From positions 25,182 to 89,181 of the forward strand of contig JAEZSC010000151.1 of the NCBI GenBank assembly GCA_023422005.1: a stretch of 64,000 nucleotides of DNA, in the 5' to 3' direction. Below are positions 45,398 through 54,656 of this stretch, one piece after another. Origin of the DNA: Bacillota bacterium. GTDB taxonomy: Bacteria; Bacillota; Clostridia; Christensenellales; UMGS416. Position 1 is the first letter of the stretch, and the number at the start of each line of letters is the position of its first letter. A program made the position numbers and the translations under genes. Below the pieces are notes generated by a model. The model worked only from the letters and a program-made list of their open reading frames with translations, ran no database searches and was not told where the DNA came from.

Positions 45398-45547
45398 CTA
45401 ACCGATGCCGATGCACTGCAGACACAGCGTCGCGGCCTTACGGAAAACCTCCAGCACCTCGCCGCGCGCCACGCCAATGGCGATGGACGCGACGGCCGCC
45501 AGCAGAAGCGCCATTCGAAGCAGGTTCAGGCGGTTGATGCGAGCCAT
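45398..45547 (-). CDS. Small membrane-anchored CXXC protein (49 aa), not in the supplied ORF track
   Basis: My translation: MARINRLNLLRMALLLAAVASIAIGVARGEVLEVFRKAATLCLQCIGIG. GGGAGGAA RBS. Its stop lies 8 nt before the 4Fe-4S protein start. Confidence 0.6.
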   Translation of the reverse strand: MARINRLNLLRMALLLAAVASIAIGVARGEVLEVFRKAATLCLQCIGIG

Positions 45548-45558
45548 TGGGTTCCTCC

Positions 45559-46911
45559 CTACTCAGCGTGCCGGTGGGCGCTCATGCGCACGATCTGCGG
45601 GCAGGCCCGCGCTTGCGTAACCGTCAGCCGCAGCCCCTCGGCCCGCACCGGCCCAAAACGGCAGATCTTTTTATATCCTATGACAGTCCCAGTGAATACC
45701 TGTTGCCAGGCGCCTTCGACCAGCGCTTCCAGTGTGAAAGCTTCCACCCGTTGACCCTGTTCGATGTTCTCCATCAGCATCACAGTATCTATGACCACAG
45801 GCTGCGGCAGCAGCAGCTCCTCCGGCTTCTGCCCGTGCGTCGCGCCAGCGGCCAGATCACTGCCATAAATTGCCCGGATTCTGTCACTCAATTCCGCCAA
45901 CACGGCGACATCGGCCTCGTGGAACAGCCCCCGGCGATCCGGCGGTATGTTCAGCAGCAGCGCGGCATTGCCGCCAACGGCGTTTTCATAAATGTGCAGA
46001 AGCTCTTCGCAGGAGCGCACACGGCCATCCTCCTCGGGGTGATGGAACCAGCCGGGTCGGATGGATGTATCCACCTCGGCGGGATACCACGCCAACTCCC
46101 CAGCCCCGGCAATGGCATCGCGGCTGCCCAGGTCGTCGTCGGTCGTGTCCACGTGGCGGGAGAAGGCGCCGTCGTCGGCCTTCTGGCTCTTTTCGGCTGT
46201 GCGCTCGGCGTCGCGCAGGCTGGCCGGCACCACGCTCCATTCGCTGGGCCGGCAGCGGCCGGCCTCATTGCCGCACCAGCGCACATCCGGCCCGCAGATG
46301 GATATCACTGCGCCCGGCTGCAGCCGGCGGATCAGCGCGAACCACGCGTCCCAATCGTACACCTGGCGCTTGCCGTTGTTTCCCTCGCCGCAGGCGCCGT
46401 CCAGCCAAACGCAGAACACGTCGCCATAGCCGGTCAACAGCTCTTCCAGTTGGTTCAAATAGTAGCGGTTGTAAGCTTCGCCGTGGCCGTAGGTGGGCTC
46501 ATGGCGGTCCCAAGGGGAAAGATAGACTCCAAAGCGCAGGCCTCCCTCTCGGCATGCGGAAGCCACCTCGGCGACCATGTCGCCCCGGCCGCCGCGCCAG
46601 GGGCTGTTCTTCACCGAATGCTCCGTATATCGGCTGGGCCACAGGCAGAAGCCGTCGTGGTGCTTGCATGTGAGGATCAGCCCGGTCATGCCGGCGCTCT
46701 TGCACGCGCGCACCCACTGGCGGGCGTCAAATTCCATGGGGTTGAAGATGGCGGGGTCTTCATCGCCCAGGCCCCATTCGCGGTTGGTGAACGTATTGAC
46801 GCCGAAATGGGCGAAACCGTAGAACTCCATGCGCTGCCAGGCCAACTGTCTCGGCGAGGGGCGCACGGCCAAGGCGCTTTCAAGGATTTCCGGGAAATGC
46901 TCACCGCTCAT
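45559..46911 (-). CDS. Alpha-L-fucosidase (GH29) with a C-terminal carbohydrate-binding-like domain
   Basis: 450 aa. GH29 core signatures FGVNTFT...AKSAGMTGLILTCKHHDGFCLWPS...YLSPWD. Confidence 0.9.
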   Translation of the reverse strand: MSGEHFPEILESALAVRPSPRQLAWQRMEFYGFAHFGVNTFTNREWGLGDEDPAIFNPMEFDARQWVRACKSAGMTGLILTCKHHDGFCLWPSRYTEHSVKNSPWRGGRGDMVAEVASACREGGLRFGVYLSPWDRHEPTYGHGEAYNRYYLNQLEELLTGYGDVFCVWLDGACGEGNNGKRQVYDWDAWFALIRRLQPGAVISICGPDVRWCGNEAGRCRPSEWSVVPASLRDAERTAEKSQKADDGAFSRHVDTTDDDLGSRDAIAGAGELAWYPAEVDTSIRPGWFHHPEEDGRVRSCEELLHIYENAVGGNAALLLNIPPDRRGLFHEADVAVLAELSDRIRAIYGSDLAAGATHGQKPEELLLPQPVVIDTVMLMENIEQGQRVEAFTLEALVEGAWQQVFTGTVIGYKKICRFGPVRAEGLRLTVTQARACPQIVRMSAHRHAE

Positions 46912-46923
46912 GTTACGCTCCTG

Positions 46924-47475
46924 TTACGGGTAGTAGATGATCATGCTGACCAGCGCCTGCCGCTCGCCGTCGTTGCGGTAGCTATGGGGCCTGTCGGCCT
47001 TGAAGCGCAGCGCGTTACCCGGCTGCACGACGTAGTCTGTGTCTTCCACGCATACGGTGACCGCGCTTTGGTACACGGTCATAAACTCCTGGCTGCCCTG
47101 CAGATGCCCCTCGGCGCTCAAGGTACCGCCGGGGTCTATCTCCACCGAATACATCTCAAACCGTCGGGTCTCGTCGAAGGGAAACAGAGGATAGTTGCGG
47201 AACCTGCCACCGTCCTCCACGAAGGGCTGCACCTGGCTGCGCTCCACCAGCTCGATGTCCTGCTCCGGGCGGCTCATCAGCGCTGTGAAGCTGATCTTAA
47301 GACCATTGGCGATCTTCCACACGGTGGCCACCGTCGGGTTGACCTCGCCGCGCTCGATCTGGCCCAGCATGCTCTTGCTGACGCCGCTCAGGCGCGCCAG
47401 CGTGTCCAGGCTCAGCTTGCGCTCTTCCCGTAAACGCTTGAGATTTTCCGCAATGATGCTGTTCAGGCTATCCAC
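46924..47475 (-). CDS. XRE-family HTH regulator with a C-terminal cupin domain
   Basis: 183 aa. LSLDTLARLSGVSKSMLGQIERGEVNPT HTH, followed by a cupin beta-barrel segment. Confidence 0.85.
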   Translation of the reverse strand: MDSLNSIIAENLKRLREERKLSLDTLARLSGVSKSMLGQIERGEVNPTVATVWKIANGLKISFTALMSRPEQDIELVERSQVQPFVEDGGRFRNYPLFPFDETRRFEMYSVEIDPGGTLSAEGHLQGSQEFMTVYQSAVTVCVEDTDYVVQPGNALRFKADRPHSYRNDGERQALVSMIIYYP

Positions 47476-47586
47476 GTTACCTCACCCGTTGACAATATAC
47501 TGCACGAATCATATCATGATGTTGCACAGGACAGTATCCTGCACCAACACGACCATTATATCATACATCCGGGAGGAGGAAACCCC

Positions 47587-48174
47587 TTGCACAATCTGGC
47601 CGCCTTTTTGACCTATGCGGTGGTCACGACGTTTACACCGGGCCCCAACAACATCATGGCCATGACCAACGCCAGCAAGCACGGGTTTCGGCGCAGCCTC
47701 CCCTTCTGCCTGGGCGTGGGCGCGGGTTTCCTGCTGATCCTGGGCGCGTGCGTGGCCTTCAGCGCGGCGCTGTACAGCGCGCTGCCCAAGGTGCAGCCCG
47801 TGATGACCGCACTGGGCGCGGCCTACATGGTTTGGCTGGCGTGGAAGGTGTGGCGCAGCAAGCCCGGCACTCATGGTGAGGAAAAGACGCATCTGGGCTT
47901 TTTCGCAGCCATGGCGCTGCAGTTCGTCAACCCCAAGGGCATACTGTACGGCATCACGATCGCGACGACGTTTCTGCAGCCCGGTACACTGGGCGTGCCG
48001 GCGCTGGCCGGTGTCACGGTGTTTCTGGCTTTCCTTGGCACCGTGTCCACAGCGTGTTGGGCGCTGGGCGGTTCCTTGTTTCAACGGCTGTTCCAGCGGC
48101 ACGCCCGCGCCGTCAACGGGATCATGGCGCTGCTGCTGGTGTACTGCGCGGTGTCGCTTTTTCTCCCCCACTAA
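47587..48174 (+). CDS. LysE family amino-acid exporter
   Basis: 195 aa. TTG start after GGAGGAGG. LysE N-terminal motif TPGPNN. About six TM segments. Confidence 0.85.
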   Translation: MHNLAAFLTYAVVTTFTPGPNNIMAMTNASKHGFRRSLPFCLGVGAGFLLILGACVAFSAALYSALPKVQPVMTALGAAYMVWLAWKVWRSKPGTHGEEKTHLGFFAAMALQFVNPKGILYGITIATTFLQPGTLGVPALAGVTVFLAFLGTVSTACWALGGSLFQRLFQRHARAVNGIMALLLVYCAVSLFLPH

Positions 48175-48857
48175 ACAGTCGTGATGGGGAAAGCTTCCGT
48201 GGCCTCAATGTGATCCTCATCCACGCGGCAGATGAGCCCATGCACCCGCACGCCGGCGGCGATGGCCTCGCCCAGCAGCCGGGCGAACTCCGGGTCGGTG
48301 GCGGCGTTGGGCGCGAAGGACCGGGCGGCCGGGTGCTGCAGCACGAAGAGCACATGGCAGCCCACGCCCTGCCCCACCAGCGCCGCCAGGCCCCGCAGGT
48401 GCTTGCGGCCCCGCTCGGTGGGCGCGTCGGGGAACATCGCAACGCCGCCGCGCTGCAGCGTGGCGCACTTGACCTCGATGTACTGCGGTTGGCCATCCAC
48501 CGTGCACATCATATCGAAGCGGCTGTCGCCGTGGGCCACCTCCCGGCGCAGGGCGCGCACATCGGTGAGCCCCGGCACCAGGCCCGCGCATATGGCGTCC
48601 CAGGCCACGGCCTCAGCCAGATGGGCGTTTATGACGACCCAGTGCCCCAGGTTGTGCACCATGACCAGCGAGCACGCCGTGCGCCTTCCCTCGGGAGCAG
48701 GCCGCACCCTCACCGCTACGCCGGGCATCAGCAGCTCGGCCAGCCGGCCGGAGTTGGGCACGTGGCACAGCGCCTCATGCCCATTCCACAGCACCCGCGC
48801 GGCAAAGCGGTTGTCCCGGCGCAGGAACACAGCGTCCTGCAAACCGTCTATGAGCAT
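48171..48857 (-). CDS. sfsA: Sugar fermentation stimulation protein SfsA-like (nuclease-fold DNA-binding protein)
   Basis: Start set at MLIDGLQDAVFLRRDNRFAA. CHVPNSGRL, EVK and PDAPTERGRKHL family motifs. Its ATG overlaps the GH127 stop by 1 nt. Confidence 0.85.
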   Translation of the reverse strand: MLIDGLQDAVFLRRDNRFAARVLWNGHEALCHVPNSGRLAELLMPGVAVRVRPAPEGRRTACSLVMVHNLGHWVVINAHLAEAVAWDAICAGLVPGLTDVRALRREVAHGDSRFDMMCTVDGQPQYIEVKCATLQRGGVAMFPDAPTERGRKHLRGLAALVGQGVGCHVLFVLQHPAARSFAPNAATDPEFARLLGEAIAAGVRVHGLICRVDEDHIEATEAFPITTV

Positions 48858-50821
48858 CAGCCCTCGCGCACCCACACGAGCATCTCGCCAGGATTGCGAT
48901 TGGCCCACAGATAATACGGAATGAACATCAGCTTGGTCTGGTAATAGGTGTTTGCGACGTCGGCCAGATAGGGCTGCTCGCCCCAAGCGGCGGCGTTGGG
49001 CCGCAGGCCGTCGGCGCAGATAACGTTGCACCCGCCCAGCAGCTCTTCATCATAATCCAGCTTCAATGCGTTGCCCGCGGGCAGCACAACCTCATGCAGC
49101 TCGTCGCCGTTGTCCTCTTCCTCCAGGCAGTAGACGATGGGGCCGCACTGCACGGCCACCTTGCCGATGTCGGCTCGTATCGCCGGCGTGGCGCGCACGC
49201 GCACCGGGCGCATGGGCAGGTCCAGCTCCAGCGTGTCGCCTTCCTTCCAGATGCGGCGCACATAGGCGTAGCCGTCGCGCACCAGGCCCAGCAGCATCTG
49301 CTCCTCGCCATTGATGCGCAGCTTGGGGTTGGCGCACCACGCCGGGATGCGCAGCGCCAGCGTAAATTGCCGGGGTTGGGCTGTCGTGATCTTCATGCCC
49401 ACGGCGCCATTCCAGGGCAGCTCCGACATCGTCGTGAGCAGCACAGGGCCGCCGGCCACATCCAGTTGCACGCGCCCGCCCATATACAGATGGCAATACA
49501 CGGTGTCTCCGCCCTGGGTATACGCGTAATCGCCCAGTGAAGCCAGCAGACGCGCCACGTTGGGCGGGCAGCAGGAGCAGCCGAACCACGGCGGCCGCTG
49601 TGTGAGCACATGGCGGCGGCTGGGGTTCTTAAGCCCCGCCTCCGGCCACACTTCCAGCGGGTTTACATAGAAGAAGCGCTTGCCGTCCTGGGCGATGCCA
49701 GCCAGCACGGTGTTATACAGCGCCCGCTCCATGATATCGGCGTATTCACCCTTGGGCTGCAAGCGCAGCATGCGCTGGGCGAAGAAAATAAGCCCGATGG
49801 AGGCACATGTCTCGGCATAGATCGTGTCGTTGGGCAGGTCATAATCCATCGTGAAGGCCTCGCCGTGGGCCGTGGAGCCGATGCCGCCGGTCACATACAT
49901 GCGACGGAGGGTCATGTTGTCCCATAATGTGCGGCAGGCTTCCAGCAGGGTATCATCCTTGTTCTCCAGCGCCAGATCGGCCATTGCGGTCAGCAGATAG
50001 ACCGCACGCACCGAGTGCCCTTCCACGCTGGTCTGCTCGCGTACCGGCGCGTGGGCCTGGTTGTAGGCTGGGTTGAGCCCCGGCGCAGGCACAGGCCCCT
50101 TGGCCCAATAGCCGGTTTTTCCCCTCTTCTCCCACTCGGTGTCGAAGAAATAGGGCTGCCTGCCTCGTTCCTCAACGAAGAAGTTCGCCAATCTCAAATA
50201 CTTCTTTTCGCCGGTGGCGCGATACAGCTTGACCAGCGCCAGCTCGATCTCTTCGTGGCCATCGTAGCCGCGAATCTGGCCTTTATTGGGGCCAAAAGTC
50301 TTGTCGATGTAGTCGGCATAGCGGCGCACAATGTCCAGCAGCTTGCGCTTGCCCGTGGCCTGCCAGCACGCGATGGCCCCCTCGATCAGGTGGCCGGCGC
50401 AATAGAGCTCGTGGCACTCCCACAGGTTGGTCCAGCGGTTTCCGGGCTCCTTGACAAGATAATAAGAGTTAAGATAGCCATCCTCACCCTGGGCCTTTTC
50501 CAGTACAGAAGCCACCTCGTCCAGCAGCGCTTCCAGCTTGGGGTCGGCCTTGGTCTGCAGGCTGTAGCCCACAGCCTCCAGCCACTTGCCCACGTCGCTG
50601 TCCTGGAACACCAGGCCTTCATATTCCCCCGTTTCCAGGCCGGCAGCCACGCGCAGATTGTGCATGGCGTGGCTGGGCTCCGCGCCGGGGATGCGGTCGT
50701 TGAGCGCCTCCCACTGGTAGGGCAGAACCTGTTCGCGCACCAGGTCCTGATAACGGCTCCAGAAGCCGTCGCGTATCTTGACATCCTTTAAGGGCAGCGG
50801 GTTGCTCGTCTTTTTTTCCAT
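48857..50821 (-). CDS. GH127 family glycoside hydrolase (beta-L-arabinofuranosidase-like, DUF1680)
   Basis: 654 aa. Typical GH127 layout with the conserved CHELYCAGHLIEG segment and the C-terminal Cys cluster FGCSCCPPN. Confidence 0.9.
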   Translation of the reverse strand: MEKKTSNPLPLKDVKIRDGFWSRYQDLVREQVLPYQWEALNDRIPGAEPSHAMHNLRVAAGLETGEYEGLVFQDSDVGKWLEAVGYSLQTKADPKLEALLDEVASVLEKAQGEDGYLNSYYLVKEPGNRWTNLWECHELYCAGHLIEGAIACWQATGKRKLLDIVRRYADYIDKTFGPNKGQIRGYDGHEEIELALVKLYRATGEKKYLRLANFFVEERGRQPYFFDTEWEKRGKTGYWAKGPVPAPGLNPAYNQAHAPVREQTSVEGHSVRAVYLLTAMADLALENKDDTLLEACRTLWDNMTLRRMYVTGGIGSTAHGEAFTMDYDLPNDTIYAETCASIGLIFFAQRMLRLQPKGEYADIMERALYNTVLAGIAQDGKRFFYVNPLEVWPEAGLKNPSRRHVLTQRPPWFGCSCCPPNVARLLASLGDYAYTQGGDTVYCHLYMGGRVQLDVAGGPVLLTTMSELPWNGAVGMKITTAQPRQFTLALRIPAWCANPKLRINGEEQMLLGLVRDGYAYVRRIWKEGDTLELDLPMRPVRVRATPAIRADIGKVAVQCGPIVYCLEEEDNGDELHEVVLPAGNALKLDYDEELLGGCNVICADGLRPNAAAWGEQPYLADVANTYYQTKLMFIPYYLWANRNPGEMLVWVREG

Positions 50822-50837
50822 GTCGCACTCCCTTGAG

Positions 50838-50870
50838 CAAAATAAAGGTACGGCGCAATGCGTCGTACCT
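50838..50870 (-). terminator. Probable intrinsic terminator after the NYN gene
   Basis: Minus strand: AGGTACG...CGTACCT hairpin followed by TTTATTTT. Confidence 0.6.
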
Positions 50871-50878
50871 GATATTCG

Positions 50879-51760
50879 TTACTTGTTCTTGATGTATACG
50901 TGCCAAATGTTGGGCCGGCCTGTCTGGCGCTTGTCCACCTCGAAGGCGCTCAACGATTCGATGAGCGGCGTAAGCGTGCGGTGACCATAGTTGCGGGTGT
51001 CAAAGTCGGGCATCTTTTTGGCCAGCAGGCTGCCCACGTCGGACAGCGACGCCCATCCGGACTCCTCGGCCACGTCGGAGATGGTCGCCTGCAGGATCTT
51101 GATGAGCTTGTCTACGCTGAAGTCCTCATCCTGCGGTTCGGGCGCCGTAGCCGCGGCCACGATGGCGGCTGCCGCAGCGGCAGCGGCCTGGGCGGCCTGC
51201 ACCGCTTGGGCATTCTGCGCGGCTGCGGCCTTTCCGTTGCCGCTCTTGGGCGGGTGGGCTTGCTGGTTCGCCGCGGGCGCCGCGGGGGCAGCAGCCGTTA
51301 CCGGGGGCTCGCCGTTGCCTTCCTTCAGGTTTTCTATGTAGATGAAGCGCTCGCAGGAGGCCTTGAAGGGCACGGGGGTCTTTTTTGCGCCCATGCCGAT
51401 GACGCGCATGCCCGCCTCGCGCAGGCGCTGGGCCAGGCGCGTAAAATCACTGTCGGAGCTGACGATGCAGAAGCCGTCCACCTTTTGGGAATAGAGAAGA
51501 TCCATGGCGTCAATGATCATCGCCGAATCAGAGGAATTCTTACCGGACGTGTAGCGGTATTGCTGAATCGGTGTGATCGCGTATTCCAGCAGCACGTTCT
51601 TCCAGCCGCCGGCGGCAGGCTGTGTCCAGTCTGTATAGATGCGCTTTATGGTCGGGTTGCCGTAGCGGGCGATCTCCGCCATGATGGGCTTCACCCAACC
51701 ATAAGAGACGTTCTCCGCGTCAATGAGCACGGCCAGCTTTTGTTCATTGTGGATATCCAT
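50879..51760 (-). CDS. NYN (LabA-like) domain protein with an Ala/Gln-rich linker and a C-terminal OST-HTH/LOTUS domain
   Basis: 293 aa. LAVLIDAENVS...SSDSDFTRLAQRLREAG NYN motifs. The C-terminal region fits OST-HTH. Confidence 0.85.
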   Translation of the reverse strand: MDIHNEQKLAVLIDAENVSYGWVKPIMAEIARYGNPTIKRIYTDWTQPAAGGWKNVLLEYAITPIQQYRYTSGKNSSDSAMIIDAMDLLYSQKVDGFCIVSSDSDFTRLAQRLREAGMRVIGMGAKKTPVPFKASCERFIYIENLKEGNGEPPVTAAAPAAPAANQQAHPPKSGNGKAAAAQNAQAVQAAQAAAAAAAAIVAAATAPEPQDEDFSVDKLIKILQATISDVAEESGWASLSDVGSLLAKKMPDFDTRNYGHRTLTPLIESLSAFEVDKRQTGRPNIWHVYIKNK

Positions 51761-51856
51761 CGATTCCTCCCAGGCGCATATACGGTTTTATTATACCCCG
51801 TTTAAACGGTCCTGTCTTGATCCTGTTGAAAAATTTTGGCTTAAGCTACAGCATGA

Positions 51857-52675
51857 TCATGCCAAAACGCGCTGGATATGGGCTAGAAAATCGGGTACGG
51901 GGTTGTGGCCCAGCTGGAACAACGCCCGGCTTCCCACCATGTCCTCCAGCTCGTTGAAGCACAGCGCGCCGCCGTGGCGGATGAAGTCCACACCGGCATA
52001 ATCCAACGTGAGCGCCCCGCACACCCGGTACACCATGTCCAGCTCCTGCTCCGTGGGTTCATAGAGCTCCGCCGTGCCACCCAAAGAGACGTTGGCGCGA
52101 AAATCCGTGCGGCTGCTGCGGCGAACGGACTTCAGAGGCTGGCCGCCGATTACATAAAAGCGCACGTCCACACCGGGCTCGTCGCTCAGCCGCTGAACCA
52201 GCACCCGGTTGCCGGGGATGCGCAGCGCGCAGCCCAACAGCGCATCCTCATCCCTGGCCAGGAACACGGCGCTGCCGCCGTGACCGGCCGGGTCCTTGGC
52301 CACCACGGGGTAGCCCAAGCCATGGCGCACCAGGGCCTCGGGTGAGTTGGCGCACAGGGCGGACGGCAGCACTGGCAAGCCCAGCCGACGGGCCAGCGCC
52401 AGCCCATGGGCCTTGTCGTTGCCGCACAGGGCCGTGGCCGCGGGGTTGAACACGCGGCAGCCCATGGCTTGCAGCAGCGCCGCAAGGCCCGCGTCCCGGG
52501 TGCGGTTGATAACAAATTCGGGTTGCGCCCAACCGCCCAGCGGCAGCGTCAGTTCCTCGCTGAGCTTGAGTGCGACATCCAGCCCATATGCGCCGCCCAT
52601 ATGCACGAACAAATCCGCAAAGGGGCGGTTGCGCAGGTATTCCTCGCGGGAATACAGCAGCCAGCCGCGCTTCAT
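51857..52675 (-). CDS. RimK-type ATP-grasp ligase family protein
   Basis: Start set at MKRGWLLYS (ATGA overlap with the upstream gene). ATP-grasp core YPVVAKDPAGHGGSAVFL...FRANVSLGG...GVDF. Confidence 0.8.
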   Translation of the reverse strand: MKRGWLLYSREEYLRNRPFADLFVHMGGAYGLDVALKLSEELTLPLGGWAQPEFVINRTRDAGLAALLQAMGCRVFNPAATALCGNDKAHGLALARRLGLPVLPSALCANSPEALVRHGLGYPVVAKDPAGHGGSAVFLARDEDALLGCALRIPGNRVLVQRLSDEPGVDVRFYVIGGQPLKSVRRSSRTDFRANVSLGGTAELYEPTEQELDMVYRVCGALTLDYAGVDFIRHGGALCFNELEDMVGSRALFQLGHNPVPDFLAHIQRVLA

Positions 52676-53559
52676 CGCAACATCACCTCTCGCATGTGGC
52701 GGGCCATGGCGTCCGCCACGTCCACGCCGGTGCAGTGGTACAGGTTCTTGAAATGGGCGTTGGAATTTACCTCGCACAGCAGCGGTTGGTCCTCCGGTCC
52801 AAAGAGCAAATCCACACCGGCGAAGTCCGCGCCCAGGATGTTGCAGCAGCGCACAGCCATGTCCACGAATTCCCGCGGGGCGTCAAAGGGGTGCATGGCG
52901 CCGCCGTTGCTGGCGTTGGCACGAAAATCGTGGTCGCTGGTGCGCAGAACCGAGGCCACCACGCGGCCGCCAACAACCTGCAGGCGCACGTCCCGCCCGC
53001 AGCTTGAGGCTATGAATTCCTGCGCCAGATGGGGCGCATGCACCAACCGACGATGCAAGTCATCGAGTTCCTTCTCATTGCGCACCAGATACACCTGCGC
53101 GCCGAAGGAGCCGAAACACTCTTTGACGACCATCGGCAAGCCCAGCTCATCCATGGCACGCTGCACAAAACGCCCGTCGTGCTCGCTGTGCCCAGGGAAC
53201 ACCAGCGGCGCCACCAGCGTGCGGGGCATCGCAATGCCGCGGTTGCTTAAGGCGATGTGCGTGAGCGACTTGTCGTCGCATGTGGCCACGACCTGCGACC
53301 GGTTGAAGAGCCGCAGACCCAGCGCCTCCAGCTGCAGCGCCAGGCGGATGTCCTTGTCCCAAAACAGCACAAAATCCGGCCGGTCCGCCCGCAGGGCGGT
53401 GCTGCCTCCGTCGATCACCGCGGCCACCTGCGTGTTGCTCAGGGGCATTGGGTGCACATCATGGTCTTGCAGGCTGCGGCACAGCCACTGCACGAGCTCG
53501 GCGAACTTGGGCGTCTGCAGGGAACCGTTGTATATCAACCATGCGGTCAGAGAACTCAT
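52672..53559 (-). CDS. RimK-type ATP-grasp ligase family protein (paralogue)
   Basis: Start set at MSSLTAWLIYNG (GGGAG RBS). LPMVVKECFGSFGAQVYL...FRANASNGG...GVDLLF. Confidence 0.8.
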   Translation of the reverse strand: MSSLTAWLIYNGSLQTPKFAELVQWLCRSLQDHDVHPMPLSNTQVAAVIDGGSTALRADRPDFVLFWDKDIRLALQLEALGLRLFNRSQVVATCDDKSLTHIALSNRGIAMPRTLVAPLVFPGHSEHDGRFVQRAMDELGLPMVVKECFGSFGAQVYLVRNEKELDDLHRRLVHAPHLAQEFIASSCGRDVRLQVVGGRVVASVLRTSDHDFRANASNGGAMHPFDAPREFVDMAVRCCNILGADFAGVDLLFGPEDQPLLCEVNSNAHFKNLYHCTGVDVADAMARHMREVMLR

Positions 53560-53675
53560 TGCGCTCCCGAAAGCGATGAAATCGCGGTTTGTTCCCTCCA
53601 TCATACAGCATCCCCAGCCATGCATCAATCCGAACAATCGACGAAAAACTTTATAAAAAATGTTTGAAAAAACGC

Positions 53676-53706
53676 TTGACCCTGACGCTGCGTGATGGCT
53701 TACACT
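53676..53706 (+). promoter_or_regulatory. MerR-type promoter with a 19-nt spacer
   Basis: TTGACC (53676-53681), a 19-nt spacer, then TACACT (53701-53706), directly upstream of the MerR/TipAS gene. Confidence 0.5.
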
Positions 53707-53731
53707 GGCATTGTCAAAAGGAGGCCACCCA

Positions 53732-54487
53732 ATGACCTACACCGTACAGCAGCTGGCAAAGCTCTCCGGCGTCACCGTGCGGGCGCTGCACCACTACGAT
53801 GCCATCGGCCTGCTGCAGCCCGGCGGGCGCTCCGCCGCAGGCTATCGGCTCTACGGCCCGGCAGAGCTGGAGCGGCTGCAGCAGATCCTTTTCCTGCGGG
53901 AGTTGGATTTCCCGCTGGAGGAAATATCCGCGCTGCTGGACAGCCCCGACTTTAACCGTGAGCAGGCGCTCACGCAGCAGCGCGAGCTGCTGAACCAGCG
54001 CATCCAACGGCTGCAGCGGCTGCTGGGCACGCTGGAGCGCACACTGCAAGCCATGAAAGGAGAAATTGATATGAGTGACAAAGAAAAGTTCGAAGGTTTC
54101 AAACAGGAAATGATCGACAAGAATGAAAAGCAATTTGGCGCCGAGGCGCGAGCCAAATATGGCGACGACACCGTAAACAAGTCCAATGCCAAGGTCATGG
54201 GCATGAGCCGCGAGCAGTATGCCCGTATGGAGGCCCTCACCCAGGAGCTTAACGACACGCTCAAGGCTGCCTTCGCCCAAGGCGACCCGGCCAGCGAGCT
54301 GGCGCAAAGGGCCTGCGAGCTGCACAAGCAATGGCTGAGCTCCTTTTGGGAAAGCTACAGCCGCGAGGCCCATCTGGGCATCACGCAGATGTATGTGGAC
54401 GACCCCCGCTTCACCGAATACTATGACAAGATCGCGCCGGGGTGCGCGGAATTCTTAAGGGACGCGGTGAAAATCTACTGCAAATAG
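53732..54487 (+). CDS. MerR family regulator with a TipAS-like antibiotic-recognition domain
   Basis: Start set at MTYTVQQLAKLSGVTVRALHHYD (AAGGAGG RBS). C-terminal TipAS-like helical domain. Confidence 0.85.
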   Translation: MTYTVQQLAKLSGVTVRALHHYDAIGLLQPGGRSAAGYRLYGPAELERLQQILFLRELDFPLEEISALLDSPDFNREQALTQQRELLNQRIQRLQRLLGTLERTLQAMKGEIDMSDKEKFEGFKQEMIDKNEKQFGAEARAKYGDDTVNKSNAKVMGMSREQYARMEALTQELNDTLKAAFAQGDPASELAQRACELHKQWLSSFWESYSREAHLGITQMYVDDPRFTEYYDKIAPGCAEFLRDAVKIYCK

Positions 54488-54504
54488 CATCACAAAAAGA
54501 AGAT

Positions 54505-54532
54505 ACGCCCTCCGGCAATTGCCGGAGGGCGT
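54505..54532 (+). terminator. Hairpin after the MerR gene (terminator-like, weak T tract)
   Basis: Perfect palindrome ACGCCCTCCGGCAATTGCCGGAGGGCGT. Confidence 0.5.
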
Positions 54533-54656
54533 GTTATATCGTCATCCATGTGTCAGCAACAAATCATAAGGTTCACGTGCGGTCTTTTTGTGTCGGTCCA
54601 CACATGATCTTACGAATGTCAAATACAATGTAGTAAATATCTGCTTGGGTAGCATC

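Noticed and set aside
45547-47433. 628-aa plus-strand ORF.
   Set aside because: It is antisense to the GH29 fucosidase and XRE-cupin genes. It has shadow-frame composition and no motifs.
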